A stretch of 64,000 bases of DNA from Mytilus trossulus (lineage: Eukaryota), in the NCBI RefSeq assembly GCF_036588685.1, contig NC_086383.1, forward strand, positions 60,760,001 through 60,824,000. The letters are read 5' to 3'. The notes under the pieces were generated by a model. The model saw only the letters and a program-made list of their open reading frames with translations, was not told where the DNA came from and did not search any database. Below, in pieces: positions 37,984 to 52,148 of this stretch (position 1 is the stretch's first letter; the number at the start of each line of letters is the position of its first letter). The position numbers and the translations under genes are program-made.

Positions 37984-40371
37984 CAGTTATCAAAAGTACA
38001 AAGATTACAATTTAGTACGCCAGACGCGCGTTTGGTCTACATAAGATTCATCAGTGACGCTCATATCAAACTATTAATAAAGCCAAACAAGTACAAAGTT
38101 GAAGAGCATTGAGGATTCGAAAATTCCAAAAAGTTGTGCCAAATACGTCTAAGGTAATGTATGCCTAGGATATGAACATTCTTTTTTTTTCGAAAAAATA
38201 AAAGTTTTGTAAATTGAAAATATATAAAAATGAGCACATTATTGATATTAATGTCAACACAAAAGTGTTGAATACTGGGCTGGTGATAACCTCGGAGACG
38301 AAACGTCCACCAGCAGTGGTATCGACCCAGTTGTGTACATAGTTATCAAATGTACCAGGATTATTATTGAGTACTCCTTAAATAGTTATCAAAGGTACCA
38401 GGATTATAATTTAGTACGCCAGACGCGCGTTTCGTCTACATAAGACTCATCAGTGACGCTTATATCAAAACATTTATAAAGCCAAACAAAAAAAAAGTTG
38501 AAGAGCATTGAGGATCCAAAAGTCCAAAAAGTTGTGCCAAATACTGCTAAGGTAATCTATGCCTGGGATAAGAAAATCCTTAGTTTTTCGGTAAATTCAA
38601 AGTTTTGAAAACAGGAAATTTATAAAATTGACCACATTAATGATATTCATGTCAACACCGAAGTGTTGACTACTGGGCTGGTGATACCCTCGGGGACGAA
38701 ACGTCCACCAGCAGTGGCATCGACCCAGTGGTGTAAATAGTTATCAAAGGTACCACGATTATAATTTAGTACGCCAGACGCGCGTTTCGTCTACATAAGA
38801 CTCATCAGTGACGCTCATATCAAAATATTTATAAAGCCAAACAAGAAAAAAGTTGAAGAGCATTGAGGATCCAAAAGTCCTAAAAGTTGTGCCAAATACT
38901 GCTAAGGTAATCTATGCCTCGGATAAGAACATCCTTAGTTTTTTCGGTAAATTCAAAGTTTTGAAAACAGGAAATTTATAAAATTTACCACATTAATGAT
39001 ATTCATGTCAACACCGAAGTGTTGACTACTGTGCTGGTGATACCCTCGGGGACGAAACGTCCACCAGCAGTAGCATCGACCCAGTGGTGTATATAGTTAT
39101 CAAAGGTACCAGGATTATAATTTAGTACGCCAGACGCGCGCTTCGTCTACATAAGACTCATCAGTGACGCTCATATCAAAATATTTATAAAGCCAAACAA
39201 GAAAAAAGTTGAAGAGCATTGAGGATCCAAAAGTCCAAAAAGTTGTGCCAAATACTGCTAAGGTAATCTATGCCTGGGATAAGAAAAATCCTTAGTTTTT
39301 CGGTAAATTCAAAGTTTTGAAAACAGGAAATTTATAAAATTGACCACATTATTGATATTCATGTCAACACCGAAGTGTTGACTACTGGGCTGGTGATACC
39401 CTCTGGGACGAAACGTCCACCAGCAGTGGCATCGACCCAGTGGTGTACATAGTTATCAAAGGTACCAGGATTAAAATTTAGTACGCCATACGCGCGTTTC
39501 GTCTACATAAGATTCATCAGTGACGCTCATATCAAAATATTTATAAAGCCAAACAAGAAAAAAGTTGAAGAGCATTGAGGATCCAAAAGTCCAAAAAGTT
39601 GTGCCAAATACTGCTAAGGTAATCTATGCCTGGGATAAGAAAATCCTTAGTTTTTCGGTAAATTCAAAGTTTTGAAACCAGGAAATTTATAGAATTGACC
39701 ACATTAATGATATTCATGTCAACACCGAAGTGTTGACTACTGGGCTGGTGATACCCTCGGGGACGAAACGTCCACCAGCAGTGGCATCGACCCAGTGGTG
39801 TAAATAGTTATCAAAGGTACCAGGATTATAATTTAGTACGCCAGACGCGCGATTCGTCTACATAATACTCATCAGTGACGCTCATATCAAAATATTTATA
39901 AAGCCAAACAAGAAAAAAGTTGAAGAGCATTGAGGATCCAAAAGTCCAAAAAGTTGTGCCAAATACTGCTAAGGTAATCTATGCCTGGATAAGAAAATCC
40001 TTAGTTTTTCGGTAAATTCAAAGTTTTGAAACCAGGAAATTTATAGAATTGACCACATTAATGATATTCATGTCAACACCGAAGTGTTGACTACTGGGCT
40101 GGTGATACCCTCGGGGACGAAACGTCCACCAGCAGTGGCATCGACCCAGTGGTGTAAATAGTTATCAAAGGTACCAGGATTATAATTTAGTACGCCAGAC
40201 GCGCGATTCGTCTACATAATACTCATCAGTGACGCTCATATCAAAATATTTATAAAGCCAAACAAGAAAAAAGTTGAAGAGCATTGAGGATCCAAAAGTC
40301 CAAAAAGTTGTGCCAAATACTGCTAAGGTAATCTATGCCTGGATAAGAAAATCCTTAGTTTTTCGGTAAAT
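37984..40371 (-). mobile_element. Non-LTR retrozyme tandem array: ~6.7 copies of a 354-356-bp unit, each with a type I hammerhead motif
   Basis: Unit starts at ~37984, 38382, 38737, 39093, 39449, 39804 and 40158. The minus strand of the intact units reads GCGTCA-CTGATGA-GTCT(TATGT)AGAC-GAAA-CGCGCG-TC/TGGCGT. Confidence 0.9.
38414..38460 (-). ncRNA. Type I hammerhead ribozyme (intact core; second intact copy ~38769-38815)
   Basis: CUGAUGA and GAAA core, 4-bp stem II, palindromic minimal stem III (CGCGCG), GUC cleavage triplet, stem I GCGUCA/UGGCGU. Predicted cleavage between 38422 and 38421. Confidence 0.88.
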
Positions 40372-40372
40372 T

Positions 40373-40972
40373 AAGGAGATACCATTTGAATTTAAGAGGG
40401 GGCTTTGTGAAATTTGAATGGAAACCAGAAGAAGAGTTTTGATCGAGTTGAAATAAGGCAAGATTAGCAACTTTGCCCCTAAAAAATTCAAGACGACAAT
40501 TTATGTAAAAAAAAAACATCTTGTTGGAATATGTGGATGCTGGGTCTACTTTTATTTTCTGTTGATGTATAAGTATCAATGTATACGAATTGACCGATTA
40601 ATGAATTATTATCGGCAATTAAAATTTGTAATGATCAGTTTGATAAATAATATCAGATTACAAAATCAAATGCCAACCTACGGATGATTTAATCTATCTC
40701 CTCAGGTCAATTTTAGAGAACAATATTTTAAATTTTAACGGACAGCTCTATAGGCAAAAATTAGGCAGCGATATTTTACCCACATTATGGGTTATTTTTT
40801 AATCAAATCAGACAATTATAAACTATTAAAAATAACTATAATTAGTCCACTGAATAATTTGTTTAGGGGCAAAGTTGCTCATCTTGCCTTATTTCAACTC
40901 GATCAAAACTCTTGTTCTGGTTTCCATTCAAATTTCACAAAGCCCCCTCTTAAATTCAAATGGTATCTCCTT
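40373..40972. mobile_element. MITE with ~110-bp near-perfect TIRs, truncating the retrozyme array
   Basis: AAGGAGATACCATTTGAATTTAAGAGGGGGC...TTTGCCCCTAAA is mirrored at ~40862-40972. TTAA-like flanks. Confidence 0.85.
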
Positions 40973-43629
40973 TATTTTGAATAAATAAAGCATACGTGAA
41001 AAACACAATCATAGAAATCGGTATACAAGCAAGGAGGTTATATGAGATATTACCTTCTTTGTACAGGCATTGATATACTAAATATTGTATTTCCAGGTAC
41101 AAATAATATACCAGTATTATACAATTCTAGTTTGCAAGTATGTATAAAACTGTGAGAACCATTTGTTGAAAAAATCTTATTAATTCATAATTAGGAAACT
41201 GAACTATGCGACAAAATATGCTGAACTATTAGTTTTAATTCATTATTGATACCTGTCATTAGTTTTCAGTTTCAGACCGGAAAAATTATCGTATTTGTTA
41301 ATGATTTGGAATTCATAATGGATGATTATCTATTTGAATCGAATTTCTCTGAATATTAATACCATTCCCTTCACAAGAAGTGGATCGTTCGTCAATTGTC
41401 AATATAGTTTTTAGATTGTTTTTGTGTTTTTTTGTTTATTTTTTTTTTTTAATAACCGTTGTTAGGGTGATTAATAAAACATACACATGTAAACCTTATG
41501 TGTGTCGATATACCACTTCTACGACTTGTCAAAGACCATAAAATTCGCAAAATACGAGATCAATAGATTATGACTTATTGGGAAAAGATTCAGTTTTCGA
41601 CTTATTTTAATTATTCAAACATATTTAACTATTAAACGAGTTCAAAGACCCTTCTTTTTTAAAATGCAATTTGGTTTGATTACGCGAAAAGATTATGTGT
41701 GCCAATTTTCATGAAAACGTAAATAGTGCAATTTTTTGAAATTTCGTAAATAGATGTTGTTTCCTACATTTATAAACATTTGATGAATATGAGTTATTTC
41801 TTAATAAAAAATTTAGGATACTTATAAAATACAGAAATTACAAATTATCTAACAAAGACAAATTGTGTATATCTTTAAAAACCACAAAGTTATGTCTTTG
41901 TTTCGAAAGGGTCACAAATCCGAATTTTGGGCAAATAAACAAAATTTCGACCTCACTTTACTCAAATAGTAGCAGATGAAGGTATATATTTTATTGCATA
42001 TTTGATTTAATCAGGTAAAAAATAGTCTATATCGAAATATTCATCAAAATGTAAATACGGGATCAAAACTGTATCGTATATCCTTAACTGTGGTCAAGCT
42101 TAACGAAATGTAGTGCGATGTGATCAATCGAAAAAACTTTATTCGATTAACTCGTAAAGGAACGATCGTTTTCATTGGTCAATTCAAACCTTCGACCTCA
42201 CACCTGTGAAAATATAACACGCGTATTATAAAGTCGAATGTACTGATCAGTATTCACGTAGTCGGTCAAGATTTTTTGAATCTTCCATCGTCGTATTCCC
42301 GTACATGATTGTGTTCTTCATTATCCCATAGCAATTCTAGCTTTTATACATGTGCATGTAAAATTCATTGATTTTATATTTTTGTGCAATAGTAAAACTT
42401 GAACTTTAAAGTCTTACAAATTTTCACGTCGAAATATTTAAATCAATTGTCTCTTCTCAGTTGGTTCTGGATTAAGAGATCTAACATTTTATTTTGAGGG
42501 GGGGTGGGGTGCTTGGATGGAATATTTCGTTCTTTTTTTTAGTTGTAATCTCTGTCCTATCTTTTTATTTTCAGTTTTTTTTTGCCAAGTTGCTCATCCC
42601 GCTTTTTCATATATTTCGCAAGTTTTAGGTATTTGACTAAGGATAGTGATATACTTCATGAATTTTATATTTAACTGTTTTGCAATTATCGGTTGAAAAA
42701 CGGATTGATGTTGGATGCGTAGAAGTAAGGTGTCACTTTTATACAAATGAATTGAAATTTGTATAGTTTATACACCGATAAATTCCTACACATGTATATC
42801 CGTTAAAAATGCGTTTAATCCTATAACATTTACAGGATAAATGTCATATACGAATTTTATATTCAGTTAGCGAATTATTTTCTATTAAGATGTGTGTAAA
42901 AGCTGCACTAGTTTAATTTGATAGTTTGATATACATTCAAAAAAAGTTTAATGTTTTTCAGTATATATATGAGTGAAAACATGGATAACCTATGTCATAA
43001 TCCTTTACTGCACTATCCGGGTAATAATTCACCAAAATAACGGACACCTCCCAGCTGAATTCAGATGCAATTTCAAATTGTAAGTAATTACTAAAAATGT
43101 TCTTTTCCGCAAAATTGTGGTTGCATCTGCTGATTTAATGTGTACACTTGATATTTATTAAAATTTCAGTGTCGATCAAGGGATAAAATATTTGATTAGT
43201 AAAACAAGTCGAATACGTGCATGTAAACTTTGTAATAAGTATCTGGAAATGAAAAGGTGCAGTTGAATCCCTTTTAAGGAAGTCGGTAATTATTATTCAG
43301 TGAGAAACCGTAATAATTCATGAGAAATGAATGAAATAAACGTAGTGCAAGCTTTTTTTCTTGCATTGCTGTCTGAAATTGCCAGCTTCAAAAATGTCAA
43401 TTCCGTGAAATGTTTGCCTACATGTTTATTAGCCGTACAAACAAATTTCGATATATATCCCGCACTCGAAATTAAAATGTTACATTTGTTAAGATTGAAA
43501 GGACAATGGAGAGATGTAACACAGCAATACAACGGACAGCGGACAACAACATGGCAATATCAGATAACGGAAATAGATATAACTTTCCATATATACTATA
43601 TTTTCACTGAACTTGCTGGTAATTTTATT

Positions 43630-43740
43630 TAGGGACCAGCCGAGGAACACCCCCGATTGCGGGATGTTCACGCTGCGTTGAAGATTCGTTGGTGGCCTTC
43701 AGCTGTTGACTACTCTGTGGTCGAATTGTTGTCTCTTATT
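43630..43740 (+). mobile_element. SINE-like fragment; second copy at ~55960-56100
   Basis: GG..CAGC.GA.G.AC....CG..TG.GG.A..T.C.CG.TGC.TTGAAGA....TTGGTG.CCTTC.GCTGTTG is shared between the two loci. Confidence 0.6.
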
Positions 43741-45199
43741 TTTTGTTAAGCAGGTGTCTTAATACAGTCATGATAGTTAGGAGTTCAAATGTCAACATGC
43801 CATATAAATCTGATGACTTTAAATATGCTAGTTTTTTTCTTTTCCTTCCGTTTGTGGATAATGGGACTAACGAATTCTTAAATTAGTTTCATGCACTTCT
43901 CCTTTTTGAATTTAACTTCAGGTTTGGAATTTTTATTTTTTCTTTCCAATATATATATATCCCGTATATAGGTTTGTAATATATTGAATTAAATTATAAA
44001 CTTGGTACCTTTATATAGCTATTATGCGTGTGTTTCGCTGTGCTATATGTTCTCCCATTTATTTGTATTGTAATGTAATTTTTTTTGTCCTGTCATGTAA
44101 TTTTTTCGTTTTAATGTTATATTCTACATTGCCATAAAATCAGGAAGTTTTGCTAGTCACAAAACCAGGTTCAACCCACCATTGTTTTCTTAAAATGTAT
44201 TGTACCATGTCAGGAAACTTGTCATTGTTATATTATAGTTCGTTTTTGGTTGTGTTACATTTTAGTGTTGTGTTTCTGTTGTGTCGTATTTCTCCTCTTA
44301 TATTTGATGTGTTTCATTCAATTTTAGTTTGTAACCTGGGTTTTTCCCCCAATCGATTTATGAAATTCGAACAGCGGAATACTACTGTTGCATTTATTTA
44401 CTCACGTAATATTTAGCAAGACCCTTAAGATTGGTTTTTGGTCCTCCGATATCTTAGTAAAAATACACAGTTGGACAAAAGAGATCTTTACTTATTACGC
44501 TTATAAAGTCGTTTCCCTAAATACTGCCTCGCTTTTTTAAAGGTTTGAACACGAAGCATGCTTATTTTGTTTTGTATTTCATTCAAATTCAATCATTTTA
44601 CATTGTACTTTTTTGTCATTTACTACAGTTATATTGTAATGGCGTTTAAAAAACTTGACCAGGTTTCTGCCAGAATAATAATTAAAAAAAATAATGCTTT
44701 CGGGACATTCAAAAGTGACGTTATTTATTAAATTACTGTAGTTAGGTGAATGGCAGTAACATTTCTTTCTTTTTAGACCTCTGCCAACCCATCAAAGTTT
44801 TTATTATGATCATTAATTTTTACCCTGTTTTGATATAATGCCAATATTCCGTGACTACATTTTAACAATAGCCTTCCAGTATTAAAAAAACCCAACTAAA
44901 TGAAACTCACATTTTTTTTGTAGACTTGCTTTATATTTAGCTTTTTATAATGTATCGGTCCTTTTTCTTGTATATATTGTTTTTTTGTACACTGAAACGC
45001 ACAAAAAGAAAATTTACTGAAGAGACATTCAAATTCATAAGTCGCGAACAAACTGCAAACGCCATGCCAAAAAGAGAAACAGCGAAAAGACGACTCACAG
45101 AACACAACACATATAATAGAAAACTTAATAGGGAGCAACACAATCCCCAAGTGAAAGCAGAGCCTGTTCTATATGGGGATTATGTAGTTTTACTCCTGT

Positions 45200-45610
45200 A
45201 AGTACAAACCAGTAGATAAGACTTTCTTATTCTGGTCATTACAATTAGAAAATAGACGTCATCATCTGTTGAACAAACATTCAATAAAATTCATTCATCT
45301 AGTGATGGCGTCAGTAACAGTTTCGAAGGTGGATCATTTCAACTTCAATACTTGGAAGTCTTGGTTTGATGACTTTCTTAAAAATATGAAACCTCTCTCA
45401 AGGACATTATGATAAGACATGCAGGCTCTAGAATACCGTAACAACTGAGACATATATACTCCCCATGCAGGCGCTGCTTGAATGTTGGTGCATACCAATG
45501 AACAGTTAACAATTTGGAAGCTGCAATCATTTATTTTGTCGTTAACTTTTGTTTTCATCCGACTCTTATTGTCAATTTCAAGATAAAAGGTACACTCGAC
45601 TGTATCTGTT
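45200..45610 (-). mobile_element. Penelope-like retroelement RT fragment
   Basis: ORF 45334-45558 ...FQIVNCSLVCTNIQAAPAWGVYMSQLLRYSRAC, same family as the 17731-17994 fragment. Confidence 0.7.
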
Positions 45611-46689
45611 ATCTGTTACTTTTGTTATTTTTTGTTCAATGGGAAAGGTGTGTTCAATATAAGTTTAATTCTCAAAACCTTTTTAAAAAAAACTTATACT
45701 CCAAGAATTGTGTATGTGCTTTAAAAGCACCCAAATTGCAATACAATCAAAACCAGGTTTGTTCATAAGCATTTAATTACAAACGATCAGTCAGATTATA
45801 ATGACAACTCAAATAAAAAAAAACGACAAATGTCGATTTGACAAACAATTTTCACAAAGCATGCAAGAAATTAAAGGCTCACAAAAGGAAACATTCAATA
45901 ACCGGGAGTTCACATCACTGTTCCACTTGATTTAAATGTTTCTGTCTTACTAATAGTTTAAAAAATTATTTAATGCTAATAAAATGAAAAGGATTTTTCT
46001 ACACACTGAATATAGATTACTAATTACATATAGAACAGTGAATCAAGAAAACTAATTATCATTAACCTATAAATATATGTATGTATATAGGCGTAACAAA
46101 TAGTTTTCACATGTGCAGATGTATATATTCATAAAATAAAATAGTAAAATAAGTAAAAGTTAACAGTTCCGTTCTATCGATTTCATCCTTCAATTGGGAC
46201 TCTTCAGGATAACTGATGTAGTGTCGCTATAGGCGACGTCGTTAGGGAGGTTTGTGACGTTCCGGTATTGTTCGTTATTAGAAATTCTCTGGATTAAATC
46301 TCGATCGAAATGTTGTTATGAAATAATGTTCCATTTCTTTTTCTATATGCTTCTTCTCGTCTACATTTAAAAATAGTCATCATTTGAAAATGTCAAGATG
46401 GGCACTTATTGGGGAATTTCTGTACTGTGGGTGTTTTATTTGTTCTTTGTGAACTCGCACCCGTTCACAGAGGCTATTCCCTGTCTGTCCAATATAATTT
46501 TCGTGACAACCAGGACATGTGACGCAGTAAATAAGATTTTTTTGTCTTACAAGTCATATTGGCGTTCACATGAATTGTTTTGCCATCATTAAATGATTTC
46601 ATTTTACCCGTTTCTAAATATTTTATATCTTGACCGCAAACAACGCATCTTGAATCTCCACAAGACTTTATTTTAAAGTCACTAACCTT

Positions 46690-47170
46690 CGGTTCGAACC
46701 GAGCTCTGGTTAAGCGTTTTTTTTTTTGGTAAAGGTTTTGGCTTGTCTTCGGCTGTAGAATAAGTTTCCTTCCGGTATCACTTTTTTCATAGTTTCACTT
46801 TCATGAAGAATCGGAAGGTTTGATTCAATTGTATTAAAAACGTTTGGTAAATAGGGGTCATGTGTACCAACAAATGGTATTTTCTTTTTCATCCGTGTCT
46901 TTCACTTTCGGGGTTCGTTATTCTTGAAGTGACAGTAGTTTAGATTTTCGAATTCTACTTTCAATTAGACCCTCTGCGTATAACTGTTGTGTCAAATAGC
47001 CTTTTAATTCCTTCAAACGTACTTCTCGAATGTTATTGTCCGATACTATAGCAAAAATCCGCCTGGCCATACAGTAAGGTATATTTCGTTTTGTATGGGA
47101 CGAATGACACGAATTAAAATGTAAGTATTGATGGGTGTCTGTGGATTTATGATAAACATCAAAATTTTCA
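46690..47170 (-). mobile_element. Penelope-like element fragment (second lineage; RT thumb/linker region)
   Basis: Minus-strand translation DVYHKSTDTHQYLHFNSCHSSHTKRNIPYCMARRIFAIVSD... and IPFVGTHDPYLPNV, typical of the Penelope-like RT-to-GIY-YIG linker. Confidence 0.75.
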
Positions 47171-47329
47171 CATTTTCGGACAATTTTAACAGGACGAGTA
47201 CAGAATTCGGGTTAAAATGTCAATACCTTAAATGACCACCTCTTGCATTTATGACCGCCTGTCATGGAATCAATAAGACGTCGACTAAAATCTTGAGGGA
47301 CGTTTCCCATGTTTCCGGTGGATTTTGAC

Positions 47330-48483
47330 TATTTCTGATATGTCATCCAAGTTCGTTCCAAAGATGTTCATTTGGTGATAAATCTGGAGACATTGCTGGC
47401 CAAGGCAACACACGAATATGGTTATTCTCCAAAAAAGTCATCGAAATGTGTGCCACGTGACAACGGGCGTTGTCCTGCTGAAAAACGTGGTTAAAACAAT
47501 GTCTTCGGAGAAACGGGAGGACAACTGGAGCCAGAATTTCGTCCCTATACCTTGTTGCATTTGGGGTACCAACGCTGATTTTGAGCTCGTTGCGTTCCTG
47601 GTAAGTAATTCCGCCTCATACCATGATTGCGCCACAACCAAACCGATCTGTTTCCTGCACGCATGCATCAGAAAATTGTTCATTGCGTCTTCGGTAGACC
47701 CTGGCTCTGTCGTCGCTAAATTTCAAGTTGAATTTAGATTCATCGGTAAAAAGGACCTGTATTCCATCGGATCCGTACCCGTGTCCATTGAGATTGCGCC
47801 ATCCCGTGACGCTGCGTAAGGATAGGTCCCTCCAATGGACGACGAGCTCTTAGACAAACTTGACACAATCGGTAACGAACTGTTTGAGCAGATATTCTGT
47901 TGGTATGTCCTCCGTGGGTTTGTCGTGCAGTTTGTGACGCGTTTACAAATCGAATCCGGAGATGAATGATGCGGATGTGTCTGTCTGGACGTAACATTGT
48001 TTCACGTGGCCTGCCACTACGGGGGCGATCATGTGTTGTGCCAGTATCTCTAAGACGAGTCTAAAGCCTTGCAATAGTCATTCTAGAGACATTCAAATGA
48101 TTTGCAACCTGCACTTGAGTCATTCCTGCTGCCAACATCCCAATAGCTCGTTCTCTCTCATTTTAGCGTAGGCGGGGCATTGTTTTATGTGGAACATTTT
48201 CAATTTTTCAATGCGACCGTTTGTTAACAATCGTGTTCGACACAATAAATAACAAAAAGGATACTTCAATTCCAACTCTATACAGGTAAATTTTTGAAAA
48301 AAATAGTTATTTGTTTGAAATTAGAAAATGACGTCACGTCATTTTCGATATTTTTATAAATGAGTAAATTTGTTAGATAAATCATTCAGGTTACTCGTTT
48401 TAATCATGAAAATATTTCAAATTAATATACGTGATATTTTTCAAATTAAAAACCAATGTAAAGTTTCTTTTTTTGCATAGTAT
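47330..48483 (-). mobile_element. Decayed Tc1-like (DD34E-type) transposon
   Basis: From ATG ~48180: MPRLR*NERERAIGMLAAGMTQVQVA...DRPRSGRPR (HTH, GRPR); later VLFTDES, FQQDNARCH, WPAMSPDLSPNEHLW. Contains stops and frameshifts. TA-flanked terminus (TACTATGCAAAAAAAGAAAC on the minus strand) at ~48480; the other end is lost. Confidence 0.9.
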
Positions 48484-51400
48484 ATATTAAAAGGGGGATC
48501 ACGATTAATTTGATGGTGCAATCTCTTAGACAAAGGCGTTAAAACAAATTTCAAATAAGCTTATGATTATAAAAAACCATTGTTACTCATTTTGAAGTCA
48601 GATGTACGCTTCAGACAAAAAATATACCTTACAATAATTTTAAACACACACACATAATTAACCTATTTGAATGTAGTATCACATTTTGACACGAAACCTC
48701 AACACTAACCAATGAACCATCGATATGAGGTCTGCAATGGAGATGATATGATACCATTGACTTATGAACATGGGTAATGGTTAGATGATACCTGTCAGAT
48801 GGACATGTACATTTTACATTCATTTCATATACCAACTATAGTGTACCTTATGAAAATAGTGTCTCCAAAACGAATCAAAACCAACAAATAACAACATTGT
48901 CAAATTAAAAATGCAAATTAGGTCAATATCAGACAAAGCTTGCCAGTGTGACATTACACCTTATGATCATTCTATACACCATATATAGTGTATCTACTGC
49001 TTGTATTAATAGTATCTGCGAAATAAACCCTAATTATGTAATTTTAACCTTTATTAGTGATACATGTAATGAGGTTAAGGTAAGGTGAACTCTGCTTGAT
49101 ACATATGTAGACCTTGCAAGAAATCTTTAGAAAAATTACTACTCACGATAAATATGCAAATCACCTTAAACAAAACAGTCAATGAACTATTAAAATAAGG
49201 TCAGCCTCTTTCCTGTTATATATATTTTCAGTTCCGTATGGAAATCAATAAAGGTTATATTGACTCATGCTATGACGAATGAGCGACCATAACAGAAACT
49301 AACAGAAAGCGTTATACCCCCTTTTCTTAAGGGAAACACATATATAAAGAAACACTTATTTCAATTGTGCTATTTTTTTTATCTTTATATAACCTGATCA
49401 TTAAAATTAAACGGTAACTGTTATTATCACACGTTCATTATAAAGTACTAGCTACTAAATATCACCATGATCATTATAATGAACAAGCAACTATGAATAT
49501 CCTCAAATCAATGTCATCGGGTTTTTTTCTGTTTTCTATTCACTCTCAAGGATCTAAAAAAGAAAAACAAATAGTTTTACACAATGTCCCCAACCTTTAA
49601 TGAAAATTTCTGATATTGAAAAACATTATGAATGTAAATGTCTTATTTACGACTGTATTATCTAATGTCATATCGGGAGAGAGAATATTTATCTAATGTG
49701 TAGATTATGAAAGACACGTGTAGGTTTGTCACTTTTTAACTGCTTCACTTTCTAATAAAATTTACAGAGCATGTTTTCATATTCTGCATACACTAATATG
49801 GTTATACCCAGTTCTACTTTTCGTTTAGTATTTTTAACAAATTGTTGAAAGTGTTTATCATTGCCATAAAACCCGACAATCCAACTTACAAGCTTTAAAA
49901 AATATTGCAAGCCTAATTTAAGTTGTGTAAGTCTATGATGAGGCGGAATTATGCTTGTCGATTGATTTACTCAATGTGTAATCTTTAACTACTCAAGGAT
50001 GTTTCATTCAAACGTACATGAGACCACGAGAAGGCACTATGAAAATAAGGTAAAAATCTTTTCACTGTACAACTAGTTTAACACCAACTTATTGTTTGAC
50101 TTCTGAATTGCTTCTCTTGGTATTTTGCATGTTTTATGGATTTGCCTTTATTGATATCTGTAGAATATTAATGTAAACCTATTTTAACTCTTAAATCATA
50201 AGGTTCAAAAACATATGCATTTCATGACTTTTAATACAGTAATGTATATGAATTTGGTATGGTTGAGTAAATTTTGATAAATCAATATTTCAGATAACTC
50301 GAATGTCGCACACCTGTCGATTTTTGCAGCAGAAGTAAAATTTAAGTCCATTTTTGTTTTGTTTTAGATAGAGTAATAAACATGTTACTTACTCTTACAA
50401 TCAATTAATTTGTTTGTTAACACTTTAAATGTTATAATTCATAAGAAAAACACGGCAACTTTAATTTATTGTATTTATTGAACAATTGGTGTTATATTTG
50501 ATGTTTTCTTACATCAAATTCTTTATGGAATATTTCAAAAACTTAATTAAAAACTTTTTTTACATTCAAAAATAAAACGTAAACTATTGTTCACTTGTTA
50601 TCCACATTGCCCAATAAATGTTTGGAAAACGTTATAGGATTAAAAACATGTTCTTTTCTAGAGGTTATTGATGTGTAAAGCAGGGCTCTTACTCACAAAC
50701 TTAACATACAAGTCCGAAGGACTTTTATTCAGTTTGTGAGTTGATCGCCCTCATTATTCTTTAGCCAAATAATCGCGATTTTTAATTAACATTTTTTGTG
50801 TAAACGCTACTATAATAACCATCAAATGCACAATTGACATGCCGTAACGAAGGAGTTGGTCGCCATATTGACTTTCTAAAATCCACAAATATTCGTAAAA
50901 TGCAACGGAATCTAAAATAAAATAACACCTACCTCCAAAACTTCATTTTAATGAGGTATTATCTGAATTTGAAGCGTGCTAGTAACGAAATAATATATCT
51001 AATGGAAGTTTTCATTCGTATGACGTCGTGTTTTGCCATGACGTAAATTTGCCAAATCATTCATAAAATTTCGCGGGCTTTTATTTGCTGAAAATCCAAG
51101 GATCACTGCAAGCTTGTGTACCGCGCATTAATAGATTACGAAAGTAGTTTCGGAAACATAGTTTATCGGAGTGTAAACTTAGAGAAAATTTCTAATTGAC
51201 CATTTATAGATATATATATAGATATACAAATCATATAAGAATTATAGCTATGTATTTTATCAAAGTTATCTGTTAATTTGGTAATCTGTCAGATTTTACT
51301 TTGACTTAAAACTATCGCAGAGACCATCTTGATAAGTTAATACGTATCAGTAAGTAATAAGTTCATATCATGAAATATGTATTATTTTTATAATGCAAAT

Positions 51401-51962
51401 ACCATATAAATTAAACGCGATGTAAGGTATACATCTATGACACTACAAATTAAAGAAACCAAACTGAAAGACATAAACATATCAACATAGTGTGACGGAC
51501 CACATGCAGGGATTAACGACTTATATATTTTAAACATGTGATATCAAGCATTTATCTACGATTCATTTTCAAACTGAATTTTAAGTTTAAGTCACTAAAT
51601 ATTTACCGACGAATATAAGCATCTGATGCAGTACAATTGGTGCCATCAATAGTATCAAAGAACAAATAAATTTTCTCAACGATTGTAAATAAATATTTCT
51701 TTACAAGTTATCTTGTTTAGATATAATTTTGTACCAGCTTATTTCTCCCATGACAATTTTGAAGAATTAAACATTTAAAATCGATTGTTCGCTCGATTGT
51801 TGTTGATAAATCTCTAGAGACATATATCAAAGTTTCCAATGCAAAATGAATTTAGTAAGAAATGGTCGATTAATGTCAAATGCAAAACATGAAGACATTT
51901 TTTAATTCAGTATAATACTTCTTTGGATGTTTGTCGGTTTTTCCCCATTCTGTATTTAGATC

Positions 51963-51996
<34 letters not shown>

Positions 51997-52148
51997 TTTG
52001 AAAAAAAAACACGCAACATCATGTAACCATAGTTCCTTCTCTTTATTAAATGGAAATGGAAACATTGATCCATTGTTTTAAGCTTAACATTAAAAGGAAA
52101 ATATCTCATGAGTATTCATGATAACGACAAAAATAAATTAATACTTAC

